Assembly (NCBI GenBank): GCA_002269645.1 | Contig: NIVC01001392.1 | Coordinates: forward strand, 233,919 to 297,918 | Direction of reading: 5' to 3' | Length of the DNA stretch: 64,000 nt | DNA from: Macrostomum lignano | Lineage: Eukaryota | Part shown: positions 23,346-34,604 of the stretch, piece after piece | How positions within the stretch are numbered: the stretch's first letter is position 1 | How the letters are laid out: the number at the start of each line of letters is the position of its first letter | Program-made: the position numbers and the translations under genes | The notes under the pieces: generated by a model | What the model was told of the DNA's origin: nothing | Databases searched by the model: none | Seen by the model: only the letters and a program-made list of their open reading frames with translations

Positions 23346-24315
23346 GATTCTAGTGATGGCACCCGGGAATATTTTTTCAAAACAATTACCGTCGTCAGTC
23401 TCAGACCAAACGCAACAGCCTCATAATCCTTTCGGAAGTCCAAAAGCCGCACGAGTTGTCAATTTAGTGATCAAGAAACTTTAAAAAATCAGAAATCTGG
23501 ATGGCTACTATAGTATTTCTGTACGATACGGTGATGCCATTGATAATTCTGCTGGAATGGCTACGTTCCGGACATCTGCTTAGTCTACATATCGTAGCCG
23601 ATCAGTCCCAAAAGGAATTAAGCGCCGGCAAATGGGGAAGATGTTTCTCATTTTCGACCCTCTTGCATTTTTATGCATATTTATGTCCCCCCGGGAGAGC
23701 AGCTCGTGAATTTAATTCCCGATATGCAGAATAAGAATTGAAAATTGTTCCATAGGGACAAATTTCTTGCTAAATTAAAGGTCTCTCAGCTCCGAAATTA
23801 GGCATATAGTTGTTAAAAGTTTTCGCCGGGACAGTCGAATCACGAAAGGGGATTGCATGTACAATCCAAGTGCGGATCTCAGGCAGTTTAAACTTCCACT
23901 GTACGACAGCTTAAGCTAGAACCGGAATGATCGAGGCCGCAAGAACGAAATGCGCTGACTGGTTTTAAGTGGCTCCCCCTACCCCAGTGTCCACAGCTTG
24001 TTAGCATACTAAATGGACTCTTGAGAATTGTCAAAAAACCGATCAGTCTTGGCTGAATGTTTTTTTGTGCTCCGATCATGAGACTCTGCACGCCCTCAAA
24101 CTGCAGTAAAAATGACATGCGCTGTCCCAGATCGATATGTCATACACTGCCTCGCGCTTTCTCAAGGACGGAGATCCAGATATGTTCTCCGCATTCACAC
24201 TAATAAACTGGCTAAGTGCACCATTTAGCAGATTACAGTTTATTACTCGCACTTGCGTCTTTACGAGCGTAATTGGCAGAAATTGATATGAAATTTGTAT
24301 CACTATCGGTTTATT

Positions 24316-25724
24316 GGGTCACAGTCCACTTCGGTAACAAATGATGGCCTCTTCGTAACAGTATATTTTTATTCTATGTTGCAAAAAAAACTTTAAAGAA
24401 ATTGACTAGCTGTTATCGAAGTGGCTGCTACCGAAGTGGGTGTTACCGAAGTGGGTGTTACCGAAGTGGGTGTTACCGAAGTGGGGGTTACCGAAGTGGG
24501 TGTTACCGAAGTGGGGGTTACCGAAGTGGGTGTTACCGAAGTGGGTGTTACCGAAGTGGGTGTTACCGAAGTGGGTGTTACCGAAGTGGCTGTTACCGAA
24601 GTGGCTGTTACAGAAGTGGGTGTTACCGAAGTGGGTGTTACCGAAGTGGGTGTTACCGAAGTGGGTGTTACCGAAGTGGGTGTTACCGAAGTGGGTGTTA
24701 CCGAAGTGGCTGTTACAGAGGTGGGTGTTACCGAAGTGGGTGTTACCGAAGTGGCTGTTACCGAAGTGGGTGTTACCGAAGTGGCTGTTACCGAAGTGGC
24801 TGTTACCGAAGTGGGTGTTACCGAAGTGGCTGTTACCGAAGTGGGGGTTACCGAAGTGGGTGTTACCGAAGTGGGTGTTACCGAAGTGGCTGTTACCGAA
24901 GTGGCTGTTACCGAAGTGGGTGTTACCGAAGTGGGTGTTACCGAAGTGGGTGTTACCGAAGTGGGTGTTACCGAAATGGGTGTTACCGAAGTGGGTGTTA
25001 CCGAAGTGGGTGTTACCGAAGTGGGTGTTACCGAAGTGGCTGTTACCGAAGTGGGTGTTACCGAAGTGGGTGTTACCGAAGTGGGTGTTACCGAAGTGGG
25101 GGTTACCGAAGTGGGTGTTACCGAAGTGGGTGTTACCGAAGTGGCTGTTACCGAAGTGGGTGTTACCGAAGTGGCTGTTACCGAAGTGGCTGTTACCGAA
25201 GTGGCTGTTACCGAAGTGGCTGTTACCGAAATGGGTGTTACCGAAGTGGCTGTTACCGAAGTGGGTGTTACCGAAGTGGGTGTTACCGAAGTGGCTGTTA
25301 CCGAAGTGGCTGTTACCGAAGTGGCTGTTACCGAAGTGGCTGTTACCGAAGTGGGTGTTACCGAAGTGGGTGTTACCGAAGTGGGTGTTACCGAAGTGGG
25401 TGTTACCGAAGTGGGTGTTACCGAAGTGGGTGTTACCGAAGTGGGTGTTACCGAAGTGGCTGTTACCGAAGTGGCTGTTACCGAAGTGGGTGTTACCGAA
25501 GTGGGTGTTACCGAAATGGGTGTTACCGAAGTGGGTGTTACCGAAGTGGGTGTTACCGAAGTGGCTGTTACCGAAGTGGCTGTTACAGAAGTGGGTGTTA
25601 CCGAAGTGGGTGTTACCGAAGTGGGTGTTACCGAAGTGGCTGCTACCGAAGTGGGGGTTTCCGAAGTGGGTGTTACCGAAGTGAGTGTTACCGAAGTGGG
25701 TGTTACCGAAGTGGACTGTATTCC
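24316..25724. mobile_element. MITE-like element whose body is an expanded 15-bp array of its own TIR motif
   Basis: ACAGTCCACTTCGGTAACA (24321-24339) is the exact reverse complement of TGTTACCGAAGTGGACTGT (25701-25719); ends GG...CC; array (GAAGTGGGTGTTACC)n at 24418-25712. Confidence 0.75.
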
Positions 25725-26266
25725 TATATTGCTGGCTTTCGACGATGGCAGAAAAAATGTTTCTATATTATAAATATAAACAAAAAGTTTTCTTCCTCAT
25801 AACAGAATTGGCGTGCACTTTCTGCTAAATGTGAATGTGTATTCTGAAAACAAAAATGATTGCATCGTTTCGAGAGTGCCTGGTGCTGGCTGGGGGCTGG
25901 CCTAGTACGTATTACGCACCTATGCTTTCCTTGGCATTCTCGATTGAGAGTGACTGTTGCAGAAATTGCAAACATCGCTCTGCCCGTGGAAAGAAGACGG
26001 TTCAACGCGCATGTGCGGTAAGGCAGCTTAACTAGAAATTGGATGAACTTACAAATATGCGAGAGGGCAGTCAAGCAAGGTCTTTTCAGGTCCACCGGGT
26101 TGGTTCTGCATGTATCTTTGGAGCGGCGCAGCTTGGAGCTTTCTCATTGGCCACAGGCATTCATTTGCTTCGGTTTTCAAGACTTATAAAAAGCGAAACC
26201 GCGCGTCTGCAACAGCTCAAAGCAGAGCAGCCGCCTGTCCTGAAATTATAAACTTCCAACGGAAGA

Positions 26267-26506
26267 ATGCCGGACTTCATCATTGTTGGCAACGGTTCGC
26301 ATGAGTGCGAAAATGCCACGGAACAGAATGAGCAATACCTGGCTAACAACCCTATGCTCAGGCCCTACTATGGACTGATGATAGGCCTGACTCTGACCAA
26401 CAGCCTGCTCAACTTTGCCTGCCTGATGGCGTTCCAATCGATGAGGCCTAAGCGTCGGTTTAACTTCCTGCTGGCGCGACTGTCTCTGGCGGAGGCCATG
26501 TTCCAA
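26267..26506 (+). CDS. Rhodopsin-family peptide GPCR (FMRFamide-receptor-like), exon 1
   Basis: MPDFIIVGNGSHECENATEQ (two N-glycosylation sequons), TM1 and start of TM2 (FLLARLSLAEAMFQ); donor GTAAGT at 26507, phase 0. Confidence 0.85.
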
Positions 26507-26620
26507 GTAAGTAGTTCGCCCCCGTCGAGCCCCTCAACGGAAGAGGGTCAATGAAGACTTTTGTTCTGTTTTTGAGGTTTTATCATTGATTCTGTTGCCT
26601 GACCGCATCAATGACCGCAG

Positions 26621-27556
26621 GCGGTCTTCTGCTGCAACCAGGTCTTGGTGCTGGCCATGGACTCCAACCGGCTGCTGCTGCCCAACCGGCACCTGGCGGT
26701 GGCCGTGGCGGCCCTCGGGCCAATAACGCTGTTCCTGGGCACCGCGTTGCACGTCTCTAGGAACTGGGCGGTGGTGCTGATCGGCCGGCACCGCTGGCTG
26801 GCCGTGGCCCGATCCGACCGTCCGTCAGTGGAGGAGGCCTGCTCAGCCAAGGACTGTCGCCTTCTAGCTGGCGGACTCGCCCTCTGCGCCGTCGCGGCCC
26901 TGCCGAGACTGTTCGAATTCCAGCCGGTGGTGTGCGAGCCCGCCAGTCAGGTGACTCACGTCGACCCGTTGCTGATTGGCTCGCAGGCCTATCGGCTGGC
27001 CTACCTGGGCGGCCTGCTGTGCCTGTTCCAGAACGCCGGCCCCATCATTTGCCTGGCCTTCTTCAGCCTGGACTTGGCCCGCCGCCTGGCCAAGCAGGGC
27101 CGGCGCCGGCTGTCGGTGCTCGGCCGGCAGAGCGGCCGCCGGGCTCCCTGGAGCTCCGGCAATCGGACCGTCCTGCTGCTCTGCCTGCTGTTCTGCCTGT
27201 GCGAGTGGCCCACTCTGCTGAAGAGCCTGGACCCCGGCACCGTCCTAGGCAAAGCCGTTGCTTTCGTTGCCAATCTGCTCACCTGCTTGGACTCGTCCTT
27301 GAACATCCTGGTGTACCACTGCTCGCACAAGGGCTTCGGTCTGGCTCTGACGGACCTGCTGTACGGATGCTGCTGCTGGTGCCGGGGCGACTCGGCGGAG
27401 AGGCGCAGATCGCGCAGTCGGAGCCTCAGCGTTGCCAGCGGAGTGCGCAGGCAGTCGAAACTGCATCAGCTGCGGCAGCAGCAGCAGCAGCACAGCCGGC
27501 TTTCACCTCACGTCGCGAACGGTCGCGAGCCCAGCATCGAGTTGCTGTCAATCTGA
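26621..27556 (+). CDS. Rhodopsin-family peptide GPCR, exon 2 (TM2-TM7 and C-tail)
   Basis: In-frame acceptors at 26620 or 26641. Motifs NWAVVLIGRHRWLAV (TM3), AALPRLFEF (TM4), LCEWP (TM6), VANLLTCLDSSLNILVY (TM7) typical of FMRFamide/sex-peptide-receptor-like GPCRs. Stop at 27556. Confidence 0.85.
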   Translation, partial: AVFCCNQVLVLAMDSNRLLLPNRHLAVAVAALGPITLFLGTALHVSRNWAVVLIGRHRWLAVARSDRPSVEEACSAKDCRLLAGGLALCAVAALPRLFEFQPVVCEPASQVTHVDPLLIGSQAYRLAYLGGLLCLFQNAGPIICLAFFSLDLARRLAKQGRRRLSVLGRQSGRRAPWSSGNRTVLLLCLLFCLCEWPTLLKSLDPGTVLGKAVAFVANLLTCLDSSLNILVYHCSHKGFGLALTDLLYGCCCWCRGDSAERRRSRSRSLSVASGVRRQSKLHQLRQQQQQHSRLSPHVANGREPSIELLSI

Positions 27557-28564
27557 TCGATTGCTGGGCTGTACAATCTACACAAGCACTGTTATTAGTT
27601 TTAAAACCTAAATTAGGAAGTACATTACTGGCGAATGGCCTTGAAAAAGCTTGGAATGAGGATCACCTTGATATGTTGCTCTGTTGTAACTCATTTCTGC
27701 ACCGCTACTAATAATGATGAAGGGTCCAGTCTCATGTCCGTATTGCTGTCTTTTGCATAAGTTTTTAGTTTTTCCCCATATAATACTTTTTGCTCTTTGT
27801 CCAGTGCCGTCTTTTCTGTCAGAACCGCAAGCAATTTGCTATACTAAATTTTTCACACGTCTCGCTGGGGGTTGCAACAACTCTCTGTCGTCAGGGCTCA
27901 AGGAGGTACCTCATCAAGCCTCGATATTGTTACGTTTCCATAAAAAATGCAAATGACAGGTAATTGAAAAGTGAAATTTTGAGGAAATTTTCAACAACAC
28001 CTTGCTAATTGGCTGCTGGTGATTTATTAATGACTGACTGACTCATGCACCGGCCCACCCCAATGCTCAGTTGGTACAAACAATGTCAATAGGAATTAGT
28101 GTCAATTATAGCAGCATTCAGTTGTAAACAGGAAAGCAGAAATCAAGCCCACTTGGTTGGACCCGTTGCTCGTTTTGTCCCGTTCAAGATTTTTTATTCT
28201 AAAAATAACCGATTGATTTGCGCTTCCCATTGCATTCCCAATTGCTGGGTTGGGGCCTTGGCTTAGTTGGCATTCTTAGGATCAGTGCTAGCTGAGGTTA
28301 GGGTTAATCGAGGTCACTTATTCGATATAATATCAGACAAGATCAAGCACGAGGCAGCAGATAAATTACATGTATCCGAATGTTGCGAAATTCCAGAATT
28401 TTGCAATTTTGGTATTCCGCGCGAGTACAATAACACTCTCTTCTTAGTTGTCTTTTAGTTTTGATGTTTGACAAGCCGCAAAACCAGCCAGTGATTCTTG
28501 CGTTCTTATAAAAAGTGCACAGTGTACTTTATTTTATTTTCGAAACCATTTTACAGCGATCATG

Positions 28565-28850
28565 ATAAATCTAGAACTCCCCTGGACAGGTGGAAGAAAG
28601 CCAGAAGTCGGGAAGGCCAGGGACTCCTAGAATTCTGTTGGCCTGGAAGCAAGTCGGGAAAGCCAGGGACTCCTAGAACTCCAATGGTCTGGAAGCAAGT
28701 CGGGAAGGCCAGGCAGGGACTCCTAGAACACTTCTGGACTGGAAACAAGTCCGGAAGGCCAGGGACTCCTAGAACTCCAATGGTCTGGAAGCAAGTCGGG
28801 AAGGCCAGGCAGGGACTCCTAGAACACTTCTGGACTGGAAACAAGACGTC
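28565..28850. repeat. Higher-order tandem repeat of 46-50 bp monomers (pattern A-B-C-B-C)
   Basis: GGGACTCCTAGAA recurs five times; the 96-bp B-C dimer is duplicated. Confidence 0.8.
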
Positions 28851-29755
28851 GGAGCTTTTCTCGGTTTCCAGGAAGACGTGCCTACAGTTACAAGTTTCTT
28901 ATTAAGTTGGGGTGTTAAAGAACTTTACCTTAGTTGATCTATAGAGCAGGTAATTTTGTCAATCCACTAAGCTTATCAAAGACTACAGGGGGCCCTCGGA
29001 ATCTGGGATCAATCAGTAGGCAGATAAGCCACATTCAATGTTTATTCAATCCTCTTTCGGGATTTTTCTCTGTAGGCATTGGCATCATGCCTACCCTCTC
29101 TCTCTCTTTCTCCTTTTCCTTCTCTAAAATGATTTGCCTCTACAATTGCGCAAATAAATGAGGATATTTTCAACCGTTGCATTCCTCCCTCATCTGGGAT
29201 GTGGCTAGTGCAGTAGAGAGATACAGGAAAAGGTCAGTGTCGGAGACTGACTGACAGAGGGCTTGTGCGCTGCGATCCTCAGAATCCCATCTATAAGTTT
29301 CCAATCAGATTCTGTTTGGCGTTTGTTCGAAAGCCCCACGCTTCCGAGCAGATGGATGAATGGATGATATGATCTGTAATTGTCGTTTCTGATGTTGCGA
29401 TTGTCCGGATGATCGGGATTAACGAGATTAGCTGCCACATTGAGGCGGAGCTGATGTTTGAGCATTAAGTATTTATAATAGGCCAATTTGATTTATGCTC
29501 TGCATGTTTACTTAGGCATCTCAGCAGTTTTATCAGCCTGTGTAATTCGAGTATTATAGTATATGTTAAATAGAACGTTTACTTTGCTGTCTGACTGTGT
29601 CACAAGTACAACAGAAGTGGAATGACGAAGCTACTGTCCGGTGGAGCTAGAAAACTACACTAAATGTTGGTATTTTTATCATAATTTAATAGTTATCGCG
29701 TCCTGAATAGAGAAGAAAACGGCCTTCTTGAACTTTAGGTAGATATAATATTTGC

Positions 29756-30264
29756 AGTTTCAATAGGATCATAATTTTGTCTCTATAGGGGTTTTGATTA
29801 TGCTGATTTCAAATTTGAGCTTCATTTTCTGTAGCTTAAAGCCAACCACCGGGATATGGGAAATGGGGGGTTTTAGGGTGGGGAGAATCTTCATGGGGAT
29901 TGATTTTATGTACCTAAACTTCAATAGAGGTATAGGGGTCTATTGAAGATTAGGTAGATAAATTCAGAGACTGAGGGGGTGGGGGGCAAGTCTCGGGGGG
30001 GGGGGCAAGTCTCAAGGGGGGCTGACAACTACCAACAACTGAGGTATGAGGAATGGGGGGTGTTAGGGCGGGGAGAATCTTCATGGGGATTTATTTTATG
30101 TACCTAAACTTCAATAGAGGTATGGAGGTCTATTGAAGATTAGGTAGATAAATTCGGAGACTGAGGGGGGGGGGTCCTAGGGGGAAAATTGAAATGAAGC
30201 TTAAAAATTCAACAAGTTATCAAAACCACAACCATGGAGAAAAAATTATAATCCTATCAAAACT
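29756..30264. mobile_element. Non-autonomous DNA transposon relic with imperfect TIRs of about 75 bp and an internal direct duplication
   Basis: ataggatcataattttgtctctatagg...gagcttcattt (left) pairs with gaaatgaagctt...ccatggagaaaaaattataatcctat (right); a direct repeat of about 110 bp at 29877-29985 and 30062-30170. Confidence 0.6.
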
Positions 30265-30982
30265 AATTGATATTAGCAGCTGTAGTTACCTTCGGAATGG
30301 AGACAACGCAGATTAGTAGAAATTAGTATAGGTAAACAAGTAAAGAATGTACGGCTAGTAGTAATCAACAATGAGAGAATGACAGCGAATCAAAACGCAG
30401 GTGGTGAGGGGCGGGTGGCAAACCGTGAGTCAGCATTTTTTAAAAACAGTAAACTGACGTGGCACTCTTGCTGCACTATAACAGATTGAGTGAAGAAAAA
30501 TTAGAATAGACACTATTTTTTTCAGAGATGCAACTCGAACGTTCGATATGTTTTTTTAGAATGATTTCATCAAATTTTGGAAAATATTTACATTAGAAAG
30601 TTATGATTCTAAAAAAGTTCAACTTTCAAACACACAATTCTCCGAAATGGCTTGGATCAAATTAACACTAGTTACATAGGAGATTAACAAATCGACCTCC
30701 TGTTACCTCTGAGGGTTATTTTTTGCAGTTTTTTTGCTTTATTATCATTTTGGACAGCCTCTAAGACTCTGGCGAAAGTTTCAGAAAAATTGGAAAATTG
30801 GAAGTATTTTACGTACCTAAAGTTCAAGAAGGCCAAGAAAACATGTCTATGGTAAAACTCCACTAGTCTGGGGCACACGAGCTCCCAGCAATCTGGGCGC
30901 ACAGCCGACATCTACGAGTGTCATTGAAGCATCTGCGCTCAAAGCTCAACTCCTTTACTTGATCCAACTGTCCTAGATAAAG

Positions 30983-31312
30983 ATGTCCGAGTCCGAAAAT
31001 CCACCAGAGCAAAGCAGTGCTGCCCAACTGGCCGAGACGAAAACATTAAAAGAGGAAAATAGAAAGCTGGAAGAAGTTGCACAGGAAAGCAAAGAGAAAG
31101 AGAAAAACGAGCGAATTGCCGACGAAAAAGAAGACGATGAAAGAAAAAATGATGCCCTCATTGAAGATAGAATGCAAGAGCTTGATGATGAGGACAAAGC
31201 AAAGAAGCTGAGCAACGTGATGGAGACAGCCGCTGACACGGGTGCTAGGGTTAATTTTCGAGGCGCAATGCCCATTGACAACCTGGACTACAATGAGCAG
31301 GTCAAACAGCAG
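30983..31312 (+). CDS. Uncharacterised protein, exon 1 (acidic/charged coiled-coil)
   Basis: ATG at 30983, 110 codons open, donor CAG|GTAAGG, phase 0. Confidence 0.65.
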
Positions 31313-31399
31313 GTAAGGCACATTGTCTTTGTTGGGTAAACATCAAGCAGAATAAACAGTTTCATGCAGCACACAAAACTGAAGCTAATGGAGACGTAA

Positions 31400-31640
31400 C
31401 TGACATTGCGACATCCTGCCATTGCTTATTATTAGAGAGTGAGGGGACATTGCGGCATCCTGCCATTGCTTATTATTAGAGAGTGAGGGGACATTGCGGC
31501 ATCCTGCCATTGCTTATTATTAGAGAGTGAGGGGACATTGCGGCATCCTGCCATTGCTTATTATTAGAGAGTGAGGGGACATTGCGGCATCCTGCCATTG
31601 CTTATTATTAGAGAGTGAGGGGACATTGCGGCATCCTGCC
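31400..31640. repeat. 44-bp intronic minisatellite (about 5 copies)
   Basis: Unit GAGGGGACATTGCGGCATCCTGCCATTGCTTATTATTAGAGAGT. Confidence 0.95.
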
Positions 31641-31740
31641 TAGCGGGAGAGAATGCTGACACTGTAGCAGCCTTACCTACTAACTTGCTGGCACTGTGGC
31701 AGTCTATCTAGTCTGGATTAGCTAAATCCGCATCAACCAG

Positions 31741-32169
31741 TCCATAGACCACCTGGAGCAGCTGCTGGCCAGCAACGAAATGTCTGCAGTGCGCGGTCTC
31801 ACCTGGCTGGTTGCGGCCCCATCCTGCCTGGATGCTGTGCTCACCGAGCCGCAGGTCGAGACCGAATTAAGAAACCATCTGATTGTATCGCTAGTTGCCT
31901 GGGCGGTGCTCCTGATGTCCGGCTCCCTGCTGATCGTCACCGGCTTCTTTCAGGCGCCGCGCTTTGTCGGGTACGTGGCTGGCGGCTGTGTGTGTCTGGC
32001 CTGTCTGGCCTTCGCCTGGCCCATGTTCGCCCCGGCGCCGCAGGAGTTTGCAGGCCACCTCACCGCGCCGGTGCTGCCGCCTACAGGACTGCGAGCTGCT
32101 CTGAACATGCAGCAGTGGGTGCTGCTGCTGGCTGGGGGCCGGGAGGAGCTGCAGGATTTGCTGTGCTGA
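31741..32169 (+). CDS. Uncharacterised protein, exon 2 (two predicted TM helices)
   Basis: Acceptor AACCAG| at 31740, phase 0; GC3-rich codons; hydrophobic LIVSLVAWAVLLMSGSLLIVTGFF and FVGYVAGGCVCLACLAFAWPMF; stop at 32169. Confidence 0.65.
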   Translation, partial: SIDHLEQLLASNEMSAVRGLTWLVAAPSCLDAVLTEPQVETELRNHLIVSLVAWAVLLMSGSLLIVTGFFQAPRFVGYVAGGCVCLACLAFAWPMFAPAPQEFAGHLTAPVLPPTGLRAALNMQQWVLLLAGGREELQDLLC

Positions 32170-33393
32170 ACCGGCTTGTGAAACCGCAACAGGATTTAGA
32201 ATATCGCTGCACTCAGCTAACAGCAATTCTTCATTCAGCAATTCAGCTTCCACACACTCAGCATCATCACACTCAGCACACTCCTGCATTCAGCATCATC
32301 ACTCTCAGCACACTCCTGCATCCAGCATCATCACACTCAGCATACACTAAATATTCGATCGCATCATACGCAGTCTTCACGTAAATAGTTTTGCAATTAG
32401 AATTATAAATAATTATTTCCCTATTATGACTATCACTAAGCAGCACCGGATTTCCAATTATACGGCGCACTAGCGGTTCAGTTTGAGATTCGCGCTCAAT
32501 ATCATATCTTTTTTACTTTTGAATTGCAAACGAAGTAATCGCGTGTTGTGTCTGAGGTAGAAAGACTTAGACAATAATGAAGCAAATTTTACACCAGTAC
32601 GTAAAAAATTGAAAGCAGCAAAATGTAAAAAAATAAAGCATCGCATTTTCCAAGCCGATATTCCCAGTTAAAATCGGCCTCCTTCCTAGTTACGTAGAGA
32701 ACGGAAGAATTGTTTAGCTTAATTACGAGCAGCATCGCAGAAATTTAAAAGTTATACCCGAATTTATCTACTGCGGTTAGTAGCGCGCAAAGTTTTTCGC
32801 CACAGTAGTGCTCCAGATGTCGAATTCCAGATTTAGCAATTTAGTAAGGTTTTCGTTGGATAATTAATATTTTGGTTATAAATAAGACTAAGAATTTAAC
32901 TACGAACAATAGGCTTCGCATTCTCTCAGCGGGTTCTATTTTGGTTCATAATTCCATATAGCATGACAAATCCACTTGTCACCGAGATTACTTTTGTGCG
33001 TTGATTCAAACGCTTGGCCATAGAACTCTATGGGCCGTTCCGTTTGCATGTCCACACTGTTCCATGTAGCACAACAGAACCTATGCTACAGTTTCTTCTG
33101 AAAATATCTATGGTAAAAAATAGTCCAAAATCATGCAATAAGATAGATGCGACGAAGCTAGAGAGAGTATACAGTATGCTGAAGTACTTCTAGCCTGAAC
33201 CCGCGGACATTCCAGCAAAAGCGCTTGAAGATAAGATGGGCTCAGGTGAAAAATTTTATCTTTCAATAGTAACTTTCAATTTGTTTTATTTTCAATAGTT
33301 AGTAGCTTGTTCTAGTTCTCATGCTTGTTAGTGTTCTTGCTGCACAGAATGAGAGAATCTCAATAGATGCGGAGCATATTCAGGGTCCTGATG

Positions 33394-33574
33394 AGGGTTG
33401 ACTGCGACCCCTTGTTCTGGCCATAGACAGTTGCAGTCATCCCTAGATGGGCCACTCCAGCCACCTATCCGCAGCGCGAAAACCCCGGGGTTTTAACCAT
33501 AGACTGTAGCTTCTACTGCTCTCAAGCATTAGCAGTAGCAGCTGGTGTCTGTGGCCCTAACCCCTGGGTTTTCG
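33394..33574. other. Two adjacent imperfect hairpins (structured RNA candidate or MITE relic)
   Basis: gggttgactgcga (33394) pairs with ttgcagtcatccc (to 33443); cgaaaaccccggggttttaaccatagactgtagcttctactgct (33477-33520) pairs imperfectly with agcagtagcagctggtgtctgtggccctaacccctgggttttcg (33531-33574). Confidence 0.55.
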
Positions 33575-34604
33575 GGGCCTCGGAGACGGCACATCCGGCA
33601 CGGCCTTCATCCATGAGACGGCAGCTATAAATAATAGCGAATATTAGGGACAAATCTCGGTATATAAGAAGAGCTTGCCACTTTTTGCCAGGATAAAAAA
33701 TCCGTTTTAACTTGTCGCTTGTCACACTATTCACTCGCACGATATCTGCAGCGCCATCAGTGTGTGGGGCGGTTTGACTTTGTCTCTTTCAATGCTTGTG
33801 AGCCTAAATGTAGGCTGCAAAAAAGCTATATTTAGCCAGCTAAATATATATTTGTTTATGTAAACCAATGCCACTGACTGATTGTGAATTTTCATAAGCC
33901 ATTGAAGTAATCATTTGCAGTTCGTATACTAAGTATACCTCTTCGTACGATGATATAATGCTTTGAAAAAGAAGATTTTGTGTTTATTTAACTTTTTGTT
34001 GACACAAGTTTAAGCAAATGAAAATGGAATGAAATTTAATATTCTTATTCTAATAATGAGCTGAACTTGACAGCTTAGCTTACTGAAATCTGTACTATAA
34101 CTAATATTTTCGAAAATCAGGTTAAAGTTTGAAAGTGCGAGCATTTATAACACGGGTTTGGTGCGAAAAATGTGCAAAAATAGTTATAATCTGCGGTTGG
34201 TGCAATAAAAGATTGTTGATAAAAATAGTTACCATGTAGCAAATGTACGCACCCTGAAGCAAAAAGGTGTACGAAGTTGCAATAGCGAAGGCCTGAGCTC
34301 TGTATTGTTGTACTATCTATACAAAGATAGTGGCATTCCCCGTGAACCTTGCTACATTATAATCGAGGCGGAATATGCGTGAAAAAAATGACGCACAAAT
34401 GTAGAATTCGCATTGCAACCCGGAGGGCAGATTGTGTAGAGAACTTGCACAACTGAGAGGACCAATACAGAACGGAGAGACGGGGTTCAGATGAAGCTTC
34501 TGGAGTCTGAGAACATGCCTGTATACGCTATACCCTTTAGGCTGCTGCTGAGTGAATTTCTATTGCTAAATGAGCGACAGAGGCCCACGCAGTTCAAGCA
34601 GAAG

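Noticed and set aside
22272-23484. Elastin- or silk-like GAGAP ORF
   Set aside because: 15-bp tandem repeat open in multiple frames on both strands, with almost no synonymous variation and no signal peptide or splice context.
24402-25802. GCYRS / VGVTE / WVLPK ORFs
   Set aside because: 15-bp array inside a TIR-bounded element.
29205-29486. 93-aa minus-strand ORF
   Set aside because: No ATG or splice support, codon usage unlike the GC3-rich host genes, no recognisable motif.
33385-33500. CTGATGAG...CGAAA hammerhead candidate and a CCCTAACCC telomerase-template-like 9-mer at about 33555
   Set aside because: Stem II does not close and stem I pairs poorly; no pseudoknot or H/ACA features follow the 9-mer.
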